From assembly GCF_009914755.1 (NCBI RefSeq), contig NC_060939.1: a stretch of 64,000 nucleotides of DNA, one strand, 5' to 3'. This document shows positions 1 to 15,710 of this stretch, one piece after another. The notes under the pieces were generated by a model that made no database searches, was not told the origin of the DNA, and saw only the letters and a list, made by a program, of their open reading frames with translations. Source of the stretch: the human T2T-CHM13v2.0 reference genome, Homo sapiens. Numbering within the stretch: the stretch's first letter is position 1; the number at the start of each line of letters is the position of its first letter. The position numbers were made by a program, and so were the translations under genes.

Positions 1-240
1 TGGGAGCATCTCCCCCAGGAGGTGCTGAGGTTCAGGACATCTTCAGAACCACACAGCGCTTAGCTAACAGAGAACATATCATGCCCCATCATGTAACATG
101 GCTTCAACCTAGATAGGTCTGTTGCGTTTACTGCATTTGATGCTTGTTTAACTTGCTGCACATGTGTATTGAATATCTGCAGTATTTTTGAATTACAATA
201 TCATTTGAATAAAAATCCCTTTTAAATAAATATTTAAATC

Positions 241-416
241 TTAGCTGGGCATTGTGGTTGTGGCGTGTTCCTGTAGTCCCAGCTACTCAGGAGGCTGAGG
301 TGGGAGGATCGCTTGAGCCCAGGAGTTTGAGGCTACAGTGAGCTGTGATTGTGCCACTGCCCTCCAGTCTGGCACCTGAGTGAGACCCTGTCTCAAAATT
401 AATTAAATTAAATTAA
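241..416 (+). mobile_element. Alu right monomer (FRAM/AluJ-like)
   Basis: CCTGTAGTCCCAGCTACTCAGGAGGCTGAGGTGGGAGGATCGCTTGAGCCCAGGAG; A-rich tail; approximate AAATATTTA target-site duplication (TSD). Confidence 0.9.
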
Positions 417-1139
417 AATATTTACATAAAATTATTTCCTTAATTTTTTTCTTTTAAAGGAGGGTTATTTTTCTTTTTAAATTATTTGTTTTGAAAATTA
501 AAATTTCATTTTTAAAATTTAGCAACAGTGTGTATGGGGTGGTCATGGCTGGTGTAGGTTTTTAAAAATTTCCACGGGCTCCTTGCTCCTGAAGAAGTGA
601 GTGAAAGTTTGTGGGGGTTTCTGCCTTCTGCAGACATCTCACGGGTCGTGTGGATGAGGTGATAGTGCTGGACCCTCCTCCTTAGTCCTGTGGGATGTCA
701 TACAGGGATGCATTGCTTTGACTGATGGAGCCCAGTCCCACAGAGGAGAACTGCCCTCCTCTGCTGCGGTGTGGGAGAAGGGGAGGTGAGGCATAGCCAG
801 GCCTTGGAAGGTGACGATTCTGGGCAGGTAGCAGGTGCCAGGCAGAGTGAGTGACTGAAAAAGCTGGTGAAACAACCCAGCCGTTTGGAAACACCAGATT
901 TTTCAAGGGGCCTGCTTTCTCACTTACAAAAGACCTCATAGGGCAGTGTGGATTTGATGAAATAAGACTGATAAAAGTTGTAACATGAATGTCTAGTACT
1001 TAATTAATTTTAGATAAATGGTATGAGTTATATGAGAGCAAATATATTGAGTTGTTGAAATTATTGAGAATCATTTAGCTAAAAATTAGATTTTGCTAAA
1101 ATCTGTCTTCAAAAATCAGCCAAAATATGTGTTGGATAT

Positions 1140-1806
<667 letters not shown>

Positions 1807-2582
1807 GATCTCCAGGAACCTGATGACATGTGGATGCAGTCTCTTTCTCTCTTTCTTTTTAAAATAAAATAAATATATAAATGTAAATATATTTAGGAAA
1901 CTTTTAATCCCAAGACAATATGGTATATTCTTTACATGGAGGAAACAAGTTGGACTAGAAGGGAGAATGTTGCTGAATCATGTGGTCTTTTTATGAATAA
2001 TTACTTTCTACATATATACTTATTCCATTTCCAAATGGAAGCAATGTGCAAAGATAAATAGATAGGTCTAGTATAAGGTGGTTTTCATTCTCTAAAGGTT
2101 ACGTATCATTTTGTTACGAATGTATAAGACATAACATAAAACATTATCTACAAAACTTTTCTTTTAAGGAAAGTACCCAGAAAACCTTTCTTAGCTTAAA
2201 TTTTTTTTTATGTTGGCTTTAAGTAATATCAAATTTGGGCAAATGTTATAATTAAGGGATAACTCTGGCTCCTAACACTAGGATTTCTAATCTAGCATCA
2301 GTAGTTGCCTTGAATTAAAATAACCACAGACCTATTTGGATAAATATTGTGGTTATCATGATCTGATTATCAAGCAGTAACTTGCGAGGACCTGCCATGG
2401 AAGAAAATTTCTCCTGTTTGTATAAATATTGAAAGGCAGCACCATAACAAAAACAGTGTGACCTGAATGGAAGAACACGTTAAGTAGCGTTGTGATTTGC
2501 AAATGTTTCTTGTGCTTGATGATTGCGTGTGTTGCATGTGTGTTCATATTTGAATAAATGTACACATGTACATACTCCTATC

Positions 2583-2862
<280 letters not shown>

Positions 2863-3222
2863 TAAAACCCCCTCATAGAGACTCTTCTCCTTGTGAGTCC
2901 TTGCCCCTCTAACCCTCGGGCTTAGTGCTCCTGCCACTCTCTTCCAGCCCCAGCTCTGCAAAGCCCCTCTCAGGTGGCCTTGCTTGACCACATTTTCTCT
3001 CCTGGTGCCTCCAAGAACAGTCATCTGTTTCCTAGACCTGACCTGGTGTGGCTGCAGCCACACTGTCCTCTGTAACATTTCTAGATGCCATCTGATGCAG
3101 AACACCCCTGAATGGCATGCTTATTCTGAGAGATCTTCTCAAAATTCTACCCCAACTCTACCAGGAAAGGAAAGGCTGTGTATTTTAAGAGATAGAAAGG
3201 AGCCCTCACTGCTGTAACATGG

Positions 3223-3586
3223 TGTATTAGTCCGTTTTCACGCTGCTGGTAAAGACGTACTGGAGACTAGGCAAATTAAAAAAGAAAGAGGTTTATTGGA
3301 ATTACGGTCTCACATGGCTGGGGAGGCCTCACAATCATGGCAGAGGGTGAAAGGCACATTTCACATGGTGGCAGCAAGAGAGAGAATGAGAGCAAAGTAA
3401 AACAAGATTCCCCTTATCAAACCATCAGATCTCATGAGACTTATTCACTACCATGAGAACAGTATGGGGGAAACTGCCCCCATGATTCAATTATCTCCCA
3501 CTGGGTCCCTTTCACAACACATGGGAATTATGGGAGCCACAATTGAAGATGAGATTTGGGTGGGGACACAGAGCCAAACCATAACG
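3223..3586 (-). mobile_element. THE1 (MaLR) solo LTR
   Basis: TGTATTAGTCCGTTTTCACGCTGCT ... GAGATTTGGGTGGGGACACAGAGCCAAACCATA; 5-bp TSD CATGG (3218-3222) / CATGA (3587-3591). Confidence 0.92.
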
Positions 3587-4376
3587 CATGACTACACATA
3601 AGTAGATGTCCAATACCAGACATGCAGAGAGAAGGTAGAGACAGGAGTGACTCCACTGTCACTGTCTGTGTTTCTACTTATTTTTCCTCCCATTAACTCT
3701 ACAGAACACTTCTTCAGATAATTGGCCAAGGAGTTTCCACCTCCTTATTTTCTAACTCTTATTGTGGCTGTGTGGTCCTCTGGACTGGTGGCCTGTCTTG
3801 CCTGCAGTTTCTTTCACACGTGGAAGTGCTGCTCTAGATTCTGTTTTAATCTCACTGCTTTCAAAAGGACCTCGCGCCCTCCTAGGAGCAGGTGCCCTGG
3901 AAGGGGCTTCTCTGATAACCCCATTTTGGTAGATCCCTGTTCCTAGGGCTCACAGCCACTTGTTTGTTTCCAGTGTGGCTGATGGGTCCACAGGGCTGTC
4001 TGCCTCTGTTGACCTCTGGCCTCCCACTAGTCCTGTGGCTACATGGTCAGAGCTGAGTATACCATGTACAATGATTGGATTACTTATTACTCAGCCACTG
4101 GTATAAAAAGGCCAGGCAAAGAACTACAGTAAAATTCCAGGACACAGCACACGCATCTCAGACACAAAATATAAGTATTTTCCAACATCCCATATTGGCA
4201 GAAGTTAAATGCTCTGTCAGCCTGTGTACCTGCCCTGTACTGCCCACAGAGGTCTAGCATGTGGGTCTTGTCACCTTCTTGGTACTAAGAATGCCTTAAA
4301 ATATTCAAATCAGTGATCTGTAAAGTTTTCATGATCCCAGCAATGACCTAAAAATGGAAGAGTTTTAAGTGAGAAG

Positions 4377-4380
<4 letters not shown>

Positions 4381-4453
<73 letters not shown>

Positions 4454-4460
4454 CAGAGAG
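4381..4460. repeat. Compound (CA)n(GA)n microsatellite
   Basis: Directly visible. Confidence 0.98.
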
Positions 4461-4525
4461 AAGCTGCTGTGGCTCTTGAAGAGGGCAGGGGCTGTGGAAG
4501 CTGTCACCTGGGGCTGTACCATGAA

Positions 4526-5000
4526 CGGGGGATTCTTTTAACGCGAAGCCATCGGCGACTGGCCCCGGAGGCTGAGGACCCCGAGACAGGCCCTGCCCTG
4601 GGCGGATGTCAAGCAAGGGAGACCCACTGTTTGCCCCGAGGAGAAAGGACACAGAGTTTAGTCAAATGGTCGGAATAACTAGCGACAATGCATACAAAGG
4701 AATATTCAACACGCGACCTGGGTGATGTGGGCTGTTGAAGTGACTGGACTCAGGTGATGCGGCTGCGGGAGGTGGTGAGCGATGCTGGAAGCTGCGTCCC
4801 GGCCACCCAGATACCCTGGGAGTGCGTGGCGCTCCGGGGAGGCTGCTCCTCCGCGTGGCCAGGAACAGGCCAAGGACCAAAACCAGATGACAGCTGGCAT
4901 GAAACCGCGGGGCTGGGCACATCCCCTGTTCCTCACATGCATCCCAGAAGCCCCCAGATTTCCTCCGCAATCCCGGCTGCGTGCCCTTCCAGGTCGGGGG
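4526..5000. promoter_or_regulatory. CpG-rich island-like segment
   Basis: About 29 CpGs in about 480 bp of non-repeat GC-rich sequence, against a CpG-depleted background. Confidence 0.5.
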
Positions 5001-5894
5001 CCCCCACCTCACCTGGGCCTTGCAGAGCAGCATGACCCCTGAGTCCCAAATGAGACCATCTCTGTTTTATCAATGACAGATAAAGTACCTTCTTAAATTT
5101 TCAGAGTACTGTCGCAGCCAGATGGGCAGCTGCCCCCGGTTACGACATCTGCTTCATAAGGTTCTGTGCTCACCACTGGATGCACTGTAGCTTTTCTTGT
5201 TTTCTTGGCCCCTGGTTGAATTAAGTAGGACCTGCTGTGCCCTGAGCCCCTCAACAGTGTGACAGAGTGTGAGTTCAGCCATGCAGAAGGGATGAGTGAG
5301 TAAATGTATTAAAGAGAGAATGTGATTTAAAAAGATATCACCTTATGAAAATCATTCCAATTCCTTCAACCCAAGCTGCAAAACCTTTTACCAGACACCG
5401 TGGGGGAGGAATGGCAAAAAGAAATCAATGATACTTCACTTAGCTACATCCAGAAGGAAGTTTCTTCATAATTCAATTAGGTGCATTAAGATAATTACAT
5501 TATCATAATGTGTGGAGGTGGAGTGGGTTGGGTGTGCAGGGGCAGGAAAGAGCTGGCAGCCTCAGTTCAGGGCAGCCTGGAGAAGGCACTGAAGTCTATG
5601 GGGTGGGGCTGAGTCAGCACGCACAGGTGGGAGGGGAATGTCAGCATTGCGTCTGTGTGTCCTCCATCCTCCTGTCTGTTCTTTTCCCTCCTCTCCAAAG
5701 CCCCCTCACCAGCCCCCACCAGGTGCTCTGTCGCCTCTGCTGGACTGGCCAGCCACGTGTGAGTTCAGGAACTGTGATGCCTGTGCACCTGCCACACTCC
5801 CCTCACCGAAACCCCTAGAGGAGCACCATCAGCTCCTCCCTTGAAAGCTCCTCCCTGCTACCTGGAGAGTAAGCTCTGATCACCTCCAGACCCA

Positions 5895-6370
5895 TGCTGT
5901 CCAGCGCCACATGCTAGTCACAGGAGGCTGCTTACATTTAATCAAGTTAAAGGTAAATAAAGTCAAGCATTCACTTCCTCAGCAGCACTGGCTGCATTCC
6001 AAGTGCTAACCAGTCATGTGTTTTATGTGCACATTTCTAGCCTTGCAGGAAGCGCTGCTTTTTTTTGAAAAGGAGTCTCCCTCTGTTGTCCAGGCTGGAG
6101 TGGTGCGATCTTGGCTCACTGCAACCTCTGCCTCCTGGGCTCAAGCGATTCTCCTGCCTCAGCCTCCCTAGTAGCTGAGATTATAGTCGTGTGCCACCAT
6201 GCCCAGCTAATTTTTGTATTTCTAGTAGAGACGGGGTTTCACCATGTTGGCCAGGCTAGTCCCGAACTCCTGACCTCAAGTGATCCGCCCACCTTGGCCT
6301 CCCAGAGTGCTGGGATCACAGGCGTGAGCCACCGCGACTAGCCTCAGGAAGCACTACTTTAGACAGTGCC
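5895..6370. mobile_element. MER3-like hAT-Charlie DNA transposon, split by an Alu
   Basis: GCTGTCCA...CTAGTCACA...TTCCTCAGCAGCACTGGCTGCATTCCAAGTGCT...GACAGTG. Confidence 0.6.
6059..6343 (-). mobile_element. AluS
   Basis: Antisense Alu; TSD CAGGAAGCGCTGCTT / CAGGAAGCACTACTT. Confidence 0.95.
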
Positions 6371-9300
6371 CGTGACAAGAGTTAAATATCTCACACATTT
6401 TCTTAGTCAATTAAGTCGGAGGTGGGAAGAGTGCAGAGGCTGAGGCCACCAGGGTGGCAAGGAGAGGACGTGGACGGCAGCTGCTCCTCCTGGGCAGCAC
6501 CCGCTGGGTGCAGCGCTTCTCTGTGTTGTTCCTTCCTCCCTGTCTTGCCTTCAGGAGGCCCAGGGAGAACTGGATCTTCAGCCACACTTTACAAACTGGT
6601 CGCCATCACAGTGCAGTCCACACTTGCAGGTCGCAGAGAACACACCACTGATTTTCCCACGCTGATAGCTCTGACGTGAATCGACTGCCACGCCTGCTGC
6701 CTGGCTCATTCTATTATCCGTGGACTAGTGACTGGGAAGGTCAACCTTGTTGTTCTGATTCTGCTTGGCTGTTTTCTAAAGTTCCCCTAAGAGAGAATGT
6801 CTTTCCTCGGCCCAGATTTCCTCTGCTGTGAGGTCTTGAACTTAGTTCCTGCCTCTCTTGTCCTCAGCGGTGCCTGTTTCATTTCAGCTTCTGCTTCCAG
6901 ATCCTTCCTTCACAACAGATCCCAAGCAACAGACACCTGATTTCCAAGGTGATGGTCAGCCAGGGTTTTCCCAGACAGGTTGGAAGAAGGGAAACACTCC
7001 TTCAGATATCTTCTGCTCAGAGACGCAAAGGGAGCCCAGGAAACTTGGACAGTGTAGAATACATGGAGAGTCCAATCTCCCTTGGACACACGTATTTGCA
7101 TTTTTGTTTTATTTCATTGGCCATTTTATTTACAAAGTGTATTCTTCATACATATAAGTAGTACCATTTTGACTTGAAATCTACAGATGAATTACAGTGC
7201 ATTTTAAAGAAATCCTAATCAAATATTAAATATTATGTAGTGCACCCTAAGTTCATTTGAATGGGCTTTTCTTCACAATGCAAGCATTTGGGTGAGGTTT
7301 TGGTTTATTTTCTTCTAAAAAAAGTAACTGTGTAGCCTTTATGTCTACACAGTGCACAAGTAGAGTTGGTTCTGTAGGGGGAAATGCAGGTTCACCTGAG
7401 GGCACGCAGGGTTCAGATGGAAAACAAAACCAGGACAGAGGGGGCTGGAGGCTTTCTCTGCTGGGTCCTACCCCCTCTCTCTGCCTCTGCCGCCTCTGAT
7501 AGCCCGGGCCTGCGTCCTTGCCACAGTCAGATGTGGCTCCTCAGCATAGCTGTGCAGTAAGAGCCCTGTGAGCCTGCGGGGACTTACCTGCTGGGCCCTG
7601 GGGGCTGAAATGATGCATGCAGATTCAGTGCAGATGTGCCCGCTGGAAAAAGATGGCCCTGAGGGGATCTGTCATTATTTGTTAAAATGAGACTTGACAT
7701 CTCCCTCACCCTCCCTAGTGCCTGACTCAGCTTTTTGTGAAATCGGGGGACACGAGGGTGATTGTTTGTGAAATCGGGGGACATAAGGATGATGCCTGAG
7801 AGACGGGGGGTGGCCGTGGGCTGGCCTGGCCTCCTCACCAGCCCTCCTTCTCACCGATGTGTCCCTCTGTGTCCATGATGCCCTGTCCGAGGAGTTGCAG
7901 TCAGAACTGGCCCCCGGTGTCTGGCTCCCGAGGTCCTCCCCTGCTCCCAGACCCCAGGCTGGGCAGTCCTTCTGTGTCAGCACTACCTCCCCATCTCTAA
8001 GCAGGACGTCCTGTATGTGGGTGGCTGTGTGGATGCCATGCCAGGAGCCACACAATGTCCTGTGAAGGTTCAAGGCTCAGCATAGAGGAGACCAGATTGT
8101 CCAGGTCGGTCAGAACATGATGCATCCGCCCCACCCCAGCCAGGGGATACTAGCGCCGTCTGTTAAACCCGCTGGTCCTCTGAGGAATTTCTACAGCTTC
8201 CTTAAACCTCAGGTTTCTGAATTACAGCAGAAATTGAAGACATCTGTGGGGCCTCCTGGGGCCGACTTCCCTTTTGGCTGGGAATTTGACTTAGTGAGAG
8301 AGGGCACCTCCCACCTGCAGGTCTGACCCCAGGCAGAATATTGTATCTGGAAGAGATTTCTGAGATAATTCAACCTCATCATCTTATGGATAAAGAAACT
8401 CAGGATCCAAAAGGTCCGTGTCTGGAGGATTTTGTTATAAATAATTGCACAGCACACTGTCTAGTGATTTAAAATTCTAAACTGTAATCCATTTGTTAGT
8501 CTCCAACACCGGCTTTGTTGTAATCTGGCCATGTGTCTTCAAGGGCTGTGACAGCTTACTTGAGGTCCATTTGCTTTGACCAAAAAAGAGCCTTGGCCCC
8601 GACACCAGCCCAGGTCTCAGATGGTTTTGAGGTCACTGCTCCGGGCTGCGCCTTGCACGTTTAGACACCACGCCGAATCGATACTGCCTATGGCAGGCTC
8701 ACAGAACGAACACGGAACAGTTCTGGGTGTCACTCATGTAGTCACCGGGCTGCTGGACCCACTGCTGGAGTGTGTGTCTGTCTCTCAGGAAGGGACTCCC
8801 TAAGAAGGCACCGCAAAGGCTGGACGCATCAAATCATAGGCCCATCTTTTTCACATGGGAGGGTTTGGGTGTTTAGGGAATGGATTGACTCATGCAAGAA
8901 TGGCCAGAGCAGCTCCACACCCCAGCCCTGGGATGCTGGGAGGGGCCTGAGGCTGGATTGCAGGGTCATGGTGGCTGCCACCCCTTTCCTGTCCCCTCTC
9001 CTTCTGCCTTAGCGTGGAGGCTGCTTGCTCTTCCCTCCCCAAGCTGTCCACTCAGCTGGCCCATTTGTCTCCTTATGGCTTTGAGAATCTGACTGCCACA
9101 GGAGAACTCCCCACCTGGGGAAATTCACCTGAGGGTTTCCTGTCCCTGGGAGTATTGATGCCTTCTACTGTAAGTTATGAAATGCATTTTAAAGGCAAGA
9201 GCCTCCCTCTGGCTTAAGCATCCTCTGGGAAGCTGGACACAGGGGCAGAGCGGCTGCATCAGGCTCTGAGAGTTCAGGCGCCCACAGCCCTTTCCCATTC

Positions 9301-10066
9301 CGCAGGAGCTTCCCTCGATGGAAAAGGCAGAATTCTCTTCTTGATCTCCCTGGCAAGTCGGGGGCTCAGGCCTTCATCTGCCACTGTGCCAGCCGGGTTG
9401 TCTTTTGCAATATAATGGAATGGGAAGGAATAATTTCCATTTTACCATGAGCTGAGTTTTGGTTCCTTTATTTTCAGCTTCTCGCAGTAGCTCAATTTCA
9501 CATTAAGGAGAGGAATGAATGACTGGCTGGTGATATTTTAAATTTCCTGGTTTAAATAGAGTCATCCTCAGAGGTTATGTCGCTTTCCAATTGACATTTC
9601 TTCCCCATAACGAAAGAAGTGACCTGATCTCATGCTTGAAATTAATTGTCCAAATTACTGACTATAATAACCTTGCTTTGAAGAGTCTCTGAGTTTCTTT
9701 GGAGAACTTGTTTTTCTGTAGTTTTTGGATTCTTCAAATAGCTGCAGAAACCCAGCCCTGGAATGCACTGGCGACAATGCAGGTCCCTGGCCTTCAGCGG
9801 CTCCACACACTAACAGGCGCCCCTGGAGATATGCCAGGTGGGGATGCAGGCTGGGGAGGAAAGAACCAGGCTGCGAGGTTTCCAGAGGGAGGGAGGCAGG
9901 GCCAGGGAGAGGCCAGGGACTCTCGAGAAGGCGCAGGGGAGAGATGCCGTCAGATGGAGCATGTCACACAGGAGGGTTCTCGCCTGTTCTTCTGAGTACG
10001 CTACTGTGTTGTTTAGTTAAGGGAGTTGCATTTTCTAGTTTGTATGGATCTTCTCTGTGGTTGCTT

Positions 10067-10410
10067 GTCTTAGTCTTTTGGGCTGCAGTAACAACATACT
10101 ACAAATGGGGTATCTTATACACAACAGAAACTCATCTCTCACAGTTTTGGAAGCAGGGAAGTGCAAGATCAAGGTGCTGGCAGATTCAGTGCGTGATGAG
10201 GGCCCACCTCCTGGTTTATAGGTGGCCGTTTTCTCACTCTAACCTCACATGGTGGAAAGGACAAGGCCGCTCTCAGGGGCCTCTTTCATAAGAGTGCAGA
10301 TCCCATTTGTGAGAGCTCCCAAAGGCCCTTCCTTCTTCTAAAATAATCACTTTGGGAGATAGATTTCAATGTATGAATTTGGGGGGGACACAAACACCCA
10401 GGTCATAGCA
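10067..10410 (-). mobile_element. MLT1A0-like MaLR LTR
   Basis: TGTCTTAGTC...TCTCACAGTTTTGGAAGCAGGGAAGTGCAAGATCAAGGTGCTGGCAGATTC...GGGGGACACAAAC...CATAGCA. Confidence 0.85.
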
Positions 10411-11539
10411 CTGCTCTGTGGAAATAGAGCACAGTTGGGTAGGCACAAAGTCAGGGAGCAGGGAGACAAATAGTTAGAGCTTTATTGAGAGAGAGAGAGA
10501 CAGACACAGACAGACAGACAGACAGACATGGAATGAGAGGTGAGGTGCCTGGGGTGCTCTGAGACAGAATTGGGAGGTGCACCCACAGCCGGCCCTGATA
10601 CCCCCTGCACCAGATGCCTCCCACGGCCACTCTGGGCTCTGATCCCTCTGCTCAGGCCTTTGCAGTTTGTCCAGGCCCAGCCCCTGCAAAGATCCTGGCT
10701 CTACATAGACTCCTTCCTGCTCCCAGGGCTGCCTGACAGCGGCTGCCTCCTGTGGGCTTCACTGTTGATGCCAAGCAGGCAACAAGTTGCACTCCTCCCC
10801 ACAGGGCTCATCCTCAGGCAAACCTGGGGTGGCGGGAGCAGGAGCCTGTGGATCCACCCTTCTGCCTCTTACCCCCTGGGCTGGATTCCTCCTCGAGAAT
10901 GTCCTGTGAAATCAAGAGTCCCAAGCTCCAAACACCAAGGGTGGTACAGTCAGTGCCGTGGGATGATTCTCTAACAGACTTTCCTGGCAGGTAGAACCCT
11001 TGCCACGTGCCAATTCTATAGGACCCAGACCATGGCAGTGATCAGAGTTGTTAGGATTCTCAGATCTTGTTTCACTCTTAGTTTACTCAGGGACAAAACG
11101 GAACTAAATAGGTGTTTGGGTGCTGCCTGTTCTCACAGTTACCATTCTGTTTCAGACCATTCCTTTTACCGATATCTTTTCAAATGGCAGCTTGTATTCC
11201 ATTTTCATCTTTCCTTTTTTTTTGGAAATGTATTGATGATCTGTCCTCACTCTTTTAAATCCTGGTACTTATTCAGCTCCAGGAAGCACCTTATGTATTT
11301 TATCACATGCATCCTCCCAGACCTTGGAAATGCTGATTTCTGAACTTCAGCTCACAGGAGCAGGGGATGATACATCTGCTGAGGGCAGAGCCAGGCTGGT
11401 AGCCAGGTCTGCTGCCTTCAGGGTGGGCAGGTTCTGGGGATGCACAGCACCTTTCTTCCAAATTGGCTTTGAAGATGCCAAAGCTCCCTAGAAACGGGAA
11501 GAGCATGTGTTTAGTGACTTTTTACCCATTGTTAGTGAG

Positions 11540-11781
11540 TGTGGAAGGCAGAATAATGACCCTCTCTCTCCACCAAAGATGTTCACTTCTTAATTCCCAG
11601 AACCTGTGTCTATGTTATTTTACATGGCAAAAGAGATTTTGCAAATGTGATTGAGTTATGGATTTTGGGATGGGGAGGTTATACTGGATTCTTCACGTGG
11701 GCCCAATCCAATCACCAGGGTCTTTGTAAGAGGGAGGCAAGAGGGTCAGAGTAGATGTGACCTAGAAAGAAAGGACAGAGG
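11540..11781 (+). mobile_element. MLT1D-like LTR, 5' half only
   Basis: TGTGGAAGGCAGAATAATG...TTACATGGCAAAAGAGATTTTGCAAATGTGATT. Confidence 0.8.
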
Positions 11782-12448
<667 letters not shown>

Positions 12449-12475
12449 CTTTGAAGGGCCCTTAGGTCCATGTCA

Positions 12476-13256
12476 TATTGTGAATACTGCTGCAAAGCAC
12501 GGGACTGCAGACGTCTCCTGGACATACTGATGTCATTTCTTTGGACAGATACCCAGCAGTGGGATTGCTGGATCATTTGGCAGTTCAATTTTTGATTTTG
12601 TGAGGAACCTCCATGCTGTTTTTTTCTAATGGCTATACTAATTTACATTCCCATCAACAATGCACTAGGGTTCCCTTTTTACCACATCCTTGCCAAGAAT
12701 TATCTTTTGTCATTTTGATCATAATCATTCTAACTGTGAAGTGATGCCTCGTTGTGGTTTTAATTTGCATTTCTTCGATGATTAGTGGTATGGATCATTT
12801 TTTAATAAACCTGTTGGCCATTTTTTTTTTGAGAGGTGTCTCTTTAGGTCCTTTGTCCTTTTTAAAATCAGTTTATTTTCTTGCTATTGAATTGGGTTCC
12901 TTGTATGTTTAGGGTATTAATCCCTTATCGAATGTACAATTTGCAAATATTTTCCCACATTCTATAGGTTGTCTCTTTGTTGATTGTATCCTTTAGTTGG
13001 GTGCAGTCTCATTTTTCTGGTTTTGCCTTTATTGTCTGTGCTTTTGGGATCATTTTCAAAAAAATCACTGCCCAGACCAATGTCATGGAGCTTTTTCCCT
13101 GTTTTCTCCTAGAAGTTCTATAGTTTCAGGTTTTACATTGAAGTCTTTAAGATATTTCTGAGTTGATTTTCATTTATAGTATAAGGGTCCATCTAGTTTT
13201 ATTCTTTGCATGGGGATATTTAGTTTTCCCAGCACCATTTATTGAAGAAGCTGTAC
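12476..13256 (-). mobile_element. L1 (L1MA/PB-type) ORF2 3' fragment
   Basis: ATACCCAGCAGTGGGATTGCTGGATCA...GTTTTAATTTGCATTTC...CCCAGCACCATTTATTGAA. Confidence 0.9.
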
Positions 13257-13296
13257 CTACCATTTCCAGTTCTGGAAAACTGAGAGGATTTTGTAA

Positions 13297-13575
<279 letters not shown>

Positions 13576-14224
13576 TGAGGTCTTTCTTATTTTAGTTAAT
13601 AAAGTTATAAGGCTTCATAGTTCAAAAGGGAAAATGCTATTTATATTTAAAGAACAATCAAGTGATTTGTGGATTCCCCACAGCTTCCTTGGAAACGCCC
13701 TGCTGTCCTTGCTAATGGGTAATGACGGGCTGAGGGGTGGCCATGGCCTCACGAGGGCATTGTAAGGGAAAATTGCAATTTCTGAGGGCAGCCTAAGTGG
13801 GGAGGTGACCTCAGGCACCCATGGTTAGTGGGTGCAAACAGGATTAGGCATATAAAGCTATACCTTATTACCTTATTTCAGTATCATGGTAATTTTAATG
13901 CCCAACATAAACAATAGTAATGAAAGCATGATATTTTAAAAAGTGCCTGCACCATTCACCTCTGTCTCTCCTCCCCCTCTAGTTTCCAGGTTCACCTTGT
14001 TCGCAGCCTGAGAAATGGCTCCTCTGTAACTCCTGGTTCTGAGTGACCCATGCAGCATGCGGGACCATTTTCCAGAGTCTCTGCACCCTCTGCATAGCTG
14101 AGTGTGAGCCGTGGGGCACACACTGCACCCTCCTGGCCTTCTCGGGTTACACTGCCAGCCTGATGCTTCCTTTGGCTTGCTCTGAGACCAAAGCAAAAGA
14201 AGACTCTTTTGCTTAGCACTTTCT

Positions 14225-14900
14225 TTGCCCTTTTATTTCTAGTTGACATGTAATTACTGTACATATTTACAGGATACAGAGTGATATTCCCATACATGCA
14301 TACAGTATGCAATGATCGAATCAGGGTAATTAGCATATCCACCACCTCAAATATTTATCATATCTTTGTAGTAGGAACATTCACAATCCTCTCTTCCAGC
14401 TTTTTGAAAATGTACAGTAAGTTATAGTTAACCGTATTCACCCTACAGTGCTGCGGAACACTGGAACTCATTCCTCTTATCTGGCCATAGTTTTGTATCC
14501 AATAGCCAACCTCTTCTCTCCGCAGCCTCCTCCAACACGCCTTCCCAGCCTCTAATACTCAGTTTACATCCTACTTCTGTGAGCTCACATTTCCTTTTAG
14601 CCTCCACATTTACATGAAAACATGTGGTATTTATCTGAGCCTGACATTTTGCTTAACATAATGAACTCCAGACTCATCCATGTTGCTGCAAATGATAGGG
14701 TTTTATTCTTTTTTATGGCTGAATGGTATTCCATGTATACACCACATTTTCTTTATTCGTCTGTTTGGTCACTTAAGTTGATTCTGTCTTGACTATTGTG
14801 AATAGTGCTGCAGTAACCATGGGGCTGCAGTATCTCTTTGATGTACTGATTTCCCTTCCTTTGGTTAAAGGAAGTAGTGGCATTGCTGGGTCATGTGGTG
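14225..14900 (-). mobile_element. L1MA 3' end
   Basis: AATCAGGGTAATTAGCATATCC...CATCCATGTTGCTGCAAATGA...GAATAGTGCTGCAGTAA. Confidence 0.88.
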
Positions 14901-15710
14901 ACTACTCAGCCTATCAGGAGGCTTTAGCTTCCTGACATCTGCCACTCACTCCCCTGCCAGTTTGGAGGTGCAGCTTTGTGCCATTGGGCTCCGTCCTTCT
15001 CTGTCTTGGGGATGTCCTTTGGTAGGGTGAGCAGAGCGGAGGCTTTCTGCAGAGCCTCCTTGTTTCTACTTATTGTAGTCAGGACATAGCTTTACAGGCT
15101 CTCCTGTTGTCTCAAAGCCTTGAGAATGTGTCTACTTGAGATGCAAAGAAATCATTATTTCCTTACTTTTACTAATTCCAGGGCAGCAAGGTCCTACTCT
15201 CTTAGAGTTCCCAGCTCCTCCACACCCTTCCATTGGTAGTAAGAGTTAAGTTGAGAAGAGCTCTTGGCCTTCTGGGGGTTAACTTGTCAGTAAGTCTCTT
15301 CACTTAGCAGATAGAGAGGGAAGGTGCATATTCATCCCTCTTTCCACCATCCTTTCCATTGAATGAGGTATTAAATGGCACTTCATTTACAATGGAGACA
15401 AGATATTATGTGAAATATCTTGGAAGGTGGAAGGCAGGTGGAGTAGGGAATCCACATATGGGGAAGATCAAACGCCAAATTCAATGGCTAGAAAAACAGA
15501 AATTTGTACCACAACACCTGTCTGTGAAATTTTGCGACCCCAGGGATCAAATTCAGCTGTGAATGGAAAGAGAATTAGATAGATTGAGAATCTTCCTCAG
15601 TGACACTGGATGTTGTAAGACAAAGGGCCTGGGAAGATGTGTTGAAACTTCTCCAGAAAAATAATGTTGTGTCCTAATTTCCATCCTCGGGACTCCTGTC
15701 TATCATGTGT

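Noticed and set aside
9725-10291. Longest ORF in the track (188 aa)
   Set aside because: Non-ATG start, runs into an MLT1A LTR, no recognisable domain
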